NCBI RefSeq assembly: GCF_036321535.1
Contig: NC_087447.1
Span: forward strand, 45,758,001 to 45,818,000
Direction: 5' to 3'
Source: Camelus dromedarius
Taxonomy: Eukaryota
Length of the DNA stretch: 60,000 nt
Position 1 is the stretch's first letter. The number at the start of each line of letters is the position of its first letter. This document shows, piece after piece, positions 53,850 through 60,000 of the stretch. The notes under the pieces were generated by a model. It did not search any database. It worked only from the letters and a program-made list of their open reading frames with translations, and was not told the origin of the DNA. Made by a program: the position numbers and the translations under genes.

Positions 53850-55600
53850 TGGAATTCTCTACATAGCAAAGATGTAAATTCTCCCCGAACTAAACTATAT
53901 TTTAATTCAATTTTTACCAATAAATCAGCAAGTTTTTTTTGTAGACATAGACAAGATCATTGTACATTTTATATGGAAAGACACAGGTCTTTTAACAGCT
54001 AAAATATGTTGACAAAATTAAAAAGTGAAAGGGATCAGTTTACCTGACATTAAGCTTACTACCTGCAGTAATCAAGACAATTAGCAATTATTGGAACGAC
54101 AGATTCATAGATCAATGAAACAGAACAGATAACTCATAAATAGATCCACATAAATATGCTGAAATAATTTTTGACAAAGATGCAAAAGCAATTCAGTGGA
54201 AGAAGAATAGGCTTTTCAACAGATGTTGCAGGAGCACATGTAGGCAGAAAAATTAACCTTTAACTAAACCTTAAATATTATACAGAGATTAAGTCAATAT
54301 GGATCATAACATAAATGTTAAATGTAAAACTATAAAATTTAGAAAATAGCAGAAGGGGAAATCTTAGAGATCTAGGCCTCGGCCAAGAGTTCTTACATTT
54401 AGCACTAGAAATATGACTCATAAGAAGAAAAGTTGATAAATTAGATTTCATCTTTTTTTTAGAAATGGCTTTTGCCTGTGAGGAGAATGAAAAGACATCC
54501 CAAAGAGACCCCAAAAAATTATAAATATTTCCGCTTATTTCACAAAGGATATGTAAGTAACTCAAAATCCAACAATAAGAGAAGAAACATCCCAATTAGA
54601 ATATGTGCAAAATACTTGAAGAGACATTTTATTCAAGAAGATATACCAATGGCAAATAAGAAAAATAGAAGTTGTTCAACATCATTACCCTCCAGTGAAA
54701 TGCAAATTAAAACACCTATGGGATATCACTGTACATTCAGCAGAATGGCTAAAATAAAAAGTGGCAACTCCAAATGCTGGTGACCACATGAAGAATCCAG
54801 ATTACAAATAGTTTGTTGGTGAGAACTAAAATCACAGCTGCTTTGGAAAAAAAGTTTGGCAGTTACTTATAAAACTATATATACAGTTACCATATGACCC
54901 AACAATCAAACACTTGGACATTTATCCAAGAGGAATTAAAGCATATGTTCACACAAAAGCCAGTGCATGAATGTTCATAGCAGTTTGTAATAACCAAAAA
55001 CTGGAGTCAGCACAGATGTCTATCAGTAGGTGAATGGTTAAACAAATTGTGGTACATAGCACCACAGCCTATCATCAAGGAAAAATAATAGACTCTTGGT
55101 ACATACAATAACCTGGATAAACTTCCAAAGAATTATGCTGAATGATAGAAAATAACCCTTAAAAATTATACACTGGATGATTCCATTCATATAACATTTT
55201 TGAATATAAAAAATTATAAGTGAAGGAAAGATTAGTGGTTGCAGGGGCTAAGGTATAAGGGTTTTGATTGATTGATTACAACAATGCAGCAAGAGGGATT
55301 TTTTTCTTGGAACTGTTCATATCTTGACAGTGGTGAATACACAATCTATACATGTGATAAAATTCCATAGACTATACATTCACGTGCATGCACACACACA
55401 CACACACAGTACAAGGTTAAACTGGGGAAATCTGAGTAAGATAGATGGATTGTATCAATGTCAGTATTCTGATTATGATATTATACTACAGTTTGCCAAA
55501 ATATTACCATTGAGGGAAATTGACCAAGGTATAAAAGAGATCTTCTCTTTATTACTTATAACTGCATATGAATCTATATTTACCTCAAAAAATTCATTAA
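53850..55600 (+). mobile_element. L1MC-type 3' part (degenerate ORF2 end and 3' UTR)
   Basis: ORF remnants such as IRICAKYLKRHFIQEDIPMANK..CSTSL..EMQIKTPMGYH..MAKIK..KCW; 3' UTR blocks to ~55600. Confidence 0.85.
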
Positions 55601-56119
55601 CAATAAATGAAACACCATTTCCTGTTACCTATTTTCTATTTTGACTTTTCAAAATTCTCTTCAACACATTTTATAGTTTTATGTTTCCATGTGGGATAGT
55701 TTTTCTTATCCCAATGACCTCTTATTAATATTGCCTTTATTACAGCTCTGCTAACATAGTATGACCTTAGCTTTTGTGTATTTGACATTGTTTTTATTTT
55801 GAACTCAGTTTTTTCATTTTAATTTTTAAAATTTTCTGATAGCATTTTTAGGTATAATTGGCATACTGTAATCTTTACAAATTTTAATTCTACTATTTGA
55901 GAGGCTTTGACATATGTATACAAACAACCATGCAGCCATCACCACAATTAAGATTATCTGTCACATACAAACATTTTCTGATGTCCTTCTGTAATTCGTC
56001 CCACCTTTCCACCCCTACTTTATTTATTTCCAGATCAGTCATCTATTTTCTGTCATCATACATTAGTCTAACTTTTCTACATTTTATCTGAATAATATCA
56101 CAAAGTTTATATTATTTTA

Positions 56120-56790
56120 AAAATATCTTTATCAAGATATAATTCATATACAATGAAATTCACCCTTTTAGTGTACAATTCAGTGGTTATTAGCGTATTC
56201 ACAGAGCTGTAAAACTATTACACTATATAATTTCAAAATAGTTTCATTACCCAAAAAAGAAACCCTAACTTTGGCAGTCATTCCTTAGTGTCCCATCCCT
56301 ACAACTATTAATCTACATTCTGTCTCTGCGGATTTGCCTATTCTGGATATTTAATACAAATAGAATCATACAAATATGGCCTTTGATGTCTGATTTCTTT
56401 CACAGCATGTTTTCAAGGTCCATTCGTTTTGTAACATGTATTAGTTCATATCTCTGTTTATGCCCAAATAATATTTCGTCATATGGCTATAATGCACTTT
56501 GTTTATCCATTGATCAGTTAATGGGCATTTGGGTTGTTTCTAATTTGGGGCTATTATGAATAATGCTACTATGAACATTTATGTCCAAGTCTATTTTGTG
56601 GGCATATGTTTTAAATTCTCTTGGCTATATATACCTCAGAGTGGAAATGCAAGATCATGCAGTCAGTCTATGCTTAAAATTTTGACGAACAGCCAGTGTT
56701 CTCCAAAGTGGCTAAATCATTTTACAATCCCACCACAAATTTTCAAAGATTTCAATTCTTCACATCCTCACCAATACTTGTTATTCTTTC
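56120..56790 (-). mobile_element. L1MB-type 3' end
   Basis: gatataattcatataca..aaattcaccc..gtgtacaattcagtgg..gatttgcctattctggatattt..ggggctattatgaataatgctactatgaacatt. Confidence 0.85.
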
Positions 56791-57070
56791 CCCAGAAAAA
56801 AAAGAATCTTATGCTATCAAGATCCTGTGTGAAGACATGCAAATAGAGGTGACACAGCTCCCTTTCAGGACAGCCCATTAGCCTTTGAATGAGAGATTCA
56901 ATGAAGTTCCCACAAGTCTTAGAATCCATTAGTCAGCACTTAGAAACAAATCAACTTGTATTGCAATCTGGCAGCCATACATTAGAACCAGGAGATACTT
57001 GTTAAGGCAAGAACACAAAAATCTTCCTAGAGGTATTGAAATCCTTAGTAAAAGAATGCAGCCAGGTGTC

Positions 57071-58006
57071 TTATTTCTTAATAAAGGCGCAGAGTACTCG
57101 CTCTCGTATCTGTTTGGTCCTCACACCATAGATGATGGGGTTGAGTGAAGGTGGGATAACCAAATAGAGGTTGGCAACAAGAATGTGAATGTAGCGGGGT
57201 ATGCTGTGTCCAAATCGGTGAGTGAGGAAAGAGAAGACTGAGGGGATATAGAAAACACAAATGACCCCAACATGGGAGCCACACGTGCTTAGGGCTTTTA
57301 GCCGTGCATCTTGGGATGGGAGGCGAAGGACAGCACGGAGAATATAAATATAGGAGATGCCAACAAGGACTAGGTTTAGGACAAAGAAGAAAACAACAAA
57401 GAGCCCATAAGTACCATTGATGCGGATGTTTCCACAGGATAGTTTTGCGATGCCCATGTGCTCACAGTAGGAATGAGCTATCACATGAGCCTGACAAAAG
57501 GGTAGGCGGTAGATGAGATAGATCATGGGAAGTGTCAGCAGGACTGGACGAATTACAATGCACATGCTGATGCCCACCAGCACCCGGGATGTCAGGATGG
57601 TCATGTAGTGGAGTGGAGCACAGATTGCTACATAGCGGTCAAAGGCCATGGCCACCAGGACCTCAGCCTCCATGCCAGTGAAGGTATGGATCAGGAACAT
57701 CTGGGCCACACAAGCCCCAAAGTTAATCTCATGAGCATCAAACCAGAAGATACCCAGCATGCGGGGGACAGAGGTTGTTGAAAGGGCCAAATCAATGGTT
57801 GAAAGGGTGGCTAGAAAGTAGAACATAGGCTCCCGGAGGGTCTGCTCCATCTTGATGACTAACAGAATTGTGATATTGCCCAGTAAAGCCACAAGGTAAA
57901 CAAAGCAGAAAGGCAGGGAGATCCAGGCATGGATCTCTTCCAGGCCTGGGATTCCAATGAGGAAAAATGTGGTTGGGTGAAAAATGCTTCTGTTGTGGTA
58001 TATCAT
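57071..58006 (-). CDS. Olfactory receptor, second OR52J3-like gene, intact 311 aa
   Basis: [24 protein letters not shown]...GISYIYIL...THRFGH...[12 protein letters not shown]; all canonical OR motifs intact; acceptor ctttcacttttccccatacag at ~58042. Confidence 0.95.
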   Translation of the reverse strand: MIYHNRSIFHPTTFFLIGIPGLEEIHAWISLPFCFVYLVALLGNITILLVIKMEQTLREPMFYFLATLSTIDLALSTTSVPRMLGIFWFDAHEINFGACVAQMFLIHTFTGMEAEVLVAMAFDRYVAICAPLHYMTILTSRVLVGISMCIVIRPVLLTLPMIYLIYRLPFCQAHVIAHSYCEHMGIAKLSCGNIRINGTYGLFVVFFFVLNLVLVGISYIYILRAVLRLPSQDARLKALSTCGSHVGVICVFYIPSVFSFLTHRFGHSIPRYIHILVANLYLVIPPSLNPIIYGVRTKQIRERVLCAFIKK

Positions 58007-60000
58007 TCTGTTACTAATCAAAGGAAGTGAAGCTGATCCTCCTGTATGGGGAAAAGTGAAAGAGAGAGAGAGATCAGAGGGAAAAGAATCTGGTATGTCA
58101 ATTGCTGCTCACTGTTTTAGCATAGAGTCGATGTCATATTTACTATATAAATAGGCTTGTTACTAAAGGACATATATTGAATCATCCCCATAGCCATTTG
58201 ATAGGCCAGGTCAAAGTGATGTTCAGAGTTTCTATTCTGCCTGCTGATTGAGCTCAAATTCTAAACATGAGACTTGCAGCAAACTCAATGCAGATTTCTA
58301 ATAATTAAAGCTTGTCATTCACTATGAAAGTTATTGGAGGTGATTCTACTTTAGGAAATCCATTCTGGTGAATGACACTGGAAATATCAAGACTATATGT
58401 AGGACCAAGTTAATACACTATAGAGACAGTCAAAAGTGTTTTAAGCAATCCATAAGGAAATAAATTATAGATCCAGGTGTATAGTTACTCACAATCAAAA
58501 CCTGAATTCTTCTGGTTCCTCATTATTTACTGGCATAGAGAGACATACACAAAAACTCTCACCCAAGCCGAGTAGCCTCCCACAAACACCAAGTCAGGTT
58601 ATAACAGACATAGTTTCATGTTCTCAGACAAGTGTTGGCCCCTTGAGATGCCTGGCCAGGAGCAGGGACACCCATTGTTCATGACTTACAGGCTACACAG
58701 AGTATCCGTTGGAAAAGGGAAAAGGAATGTTGTGTAATGCCATTTATACTCTTTTGTTCACTATTCACATCATATGAGGTACTCTCAGAGCACCTGTGAG
58801 TTTTTCCTGTGTTAATTTCTCCACTGTTGTGAAGCCAGCACTTGCTTGGTTACTCCTCCTACCAGTTCAATATGCTGCAACTGGGTAGGTAACCCTGACA
58901 GCCTCAGGTGGTTTTGGTACTAGAGGAGATATTTTTTGTAGCTCTCTGGTATAGCAGTGTCTCAATAGACAAGAATCTACTTTTGCAAGGACCTAAAGGG
59001 AGTGGAGAAAGATCCTTGAGAAATGCTTTCCAATGCTACAGAATGAATCAAGCTACTCAAAATGAAGTAAAGAAAGTTACCATGGGGTATGTGTTACAGC
59101 AGTTGTAATTCAAAATAAAGCATAGAGATCCTTCCTTTTGTCTTTGCCATTGCTTCACTTTCTTATATTTTAAAAACTTCTTTGTTTTTCAATGTAGGAA
59201 ACCTATATTGAAAGGTGAAAAAATAATCTCTCCATCTTTAGTGAGTTCAGTTCAATAGAGAGAGAGCAAGTGTTGCAATGTGCACTGACTCTTATTTATG
59301 TTCTATAAAAACAGGCAGCCTGGACAAATAAAACACCACTGTCTAATAGAAAGATGATGGCCATGGCCAAGGCTTGGTGTCCCTGTTGCTTATTTTGGAG
59401 CAATACTAGGAGTCCACCTTCAATAGTGGATCCCACTAACTACATGCCTTCCTATTGCCAGAGTTTATTTTACCCAGTGCAATTGACACAAGGATATTAA
59501 ATGTCTGGGATCTTTCTGAACATTTCAGAAGATAACTTATCACCATTTAAAAACATAATTTTTTTTTACCTGGTGCAGGATGGCCACATGGTCCATCCTT
59601 ATCCTGCTCTGCCAATGTGTCTCTCCATTTACTGCCACAGCCATTCACCAGAAATCAGCAGCTGATTCATCTCTTTCTTCCGTATTTCTTGGTATATGCC
59701 CAGCATTTCAACATATATTCCTCTTTCTGAGAAGTACATGGAGGGCACGTTTATATTAGATGTCTAGCACGTAGGAGAGATTTCTAAGAATACACCGCAT
59801 TTTAATCCCAACTTTACACAGAGCTCTGGGATTGAGTCCTTAGGGACTGCTCACAAACTTCTAGATTCTACTCCATAAACAGAAGAGGCCAAGGGATATA
59901 GAAGCAAACTGAAGTGTAGGTAAATAAAAGTTAAAAAGTAGGTATATGACACACAGGGCTGGCATCTATACTTGACACATATGAAACCAGATATATTGTA

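Overview
AT-rich mammalian genomic DNA from a class I olfactory receptor cluster (family OR52). A tRNA-derived SINE at ~43.4 kb points to a camelid genome. There are seven single-coding-exon OR loci. Four have open frames: an OR52E2 orthologue (31256-32182 +), an OR52E-type gene (39962-40915 -) and two OR52J3-type genes (47139-48074 - and 57071-58006 -). Three are disrupted: 3540-4470 -, 14300-15240 + and 19528-20469 -. Between them lie L1 fragments, LTRs (MER21-, MLT1-, LTR16-like), hAT/Tigger DNA transposons, MIRs and microsatellites; repeat family names are from recognition, not a database search. Main points of interest: (i) the two OR52J coding regions are homogenised while their flanks are divergent, suggesting gene conversion; (ii) one OR52J copy has Tyr->Asp in the conserved TM5 SY motif; (iii) an OR52E gene is broken only by one TGA in a read-through-prone context; (iv) a promoter/non-coding exon 1 module is conserved ~3 kb upstream of three OR52E genes; (v) there is patchy conversion between inverted OR52E paralogues. 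I found no convincing evidence of a wholly new biological system.
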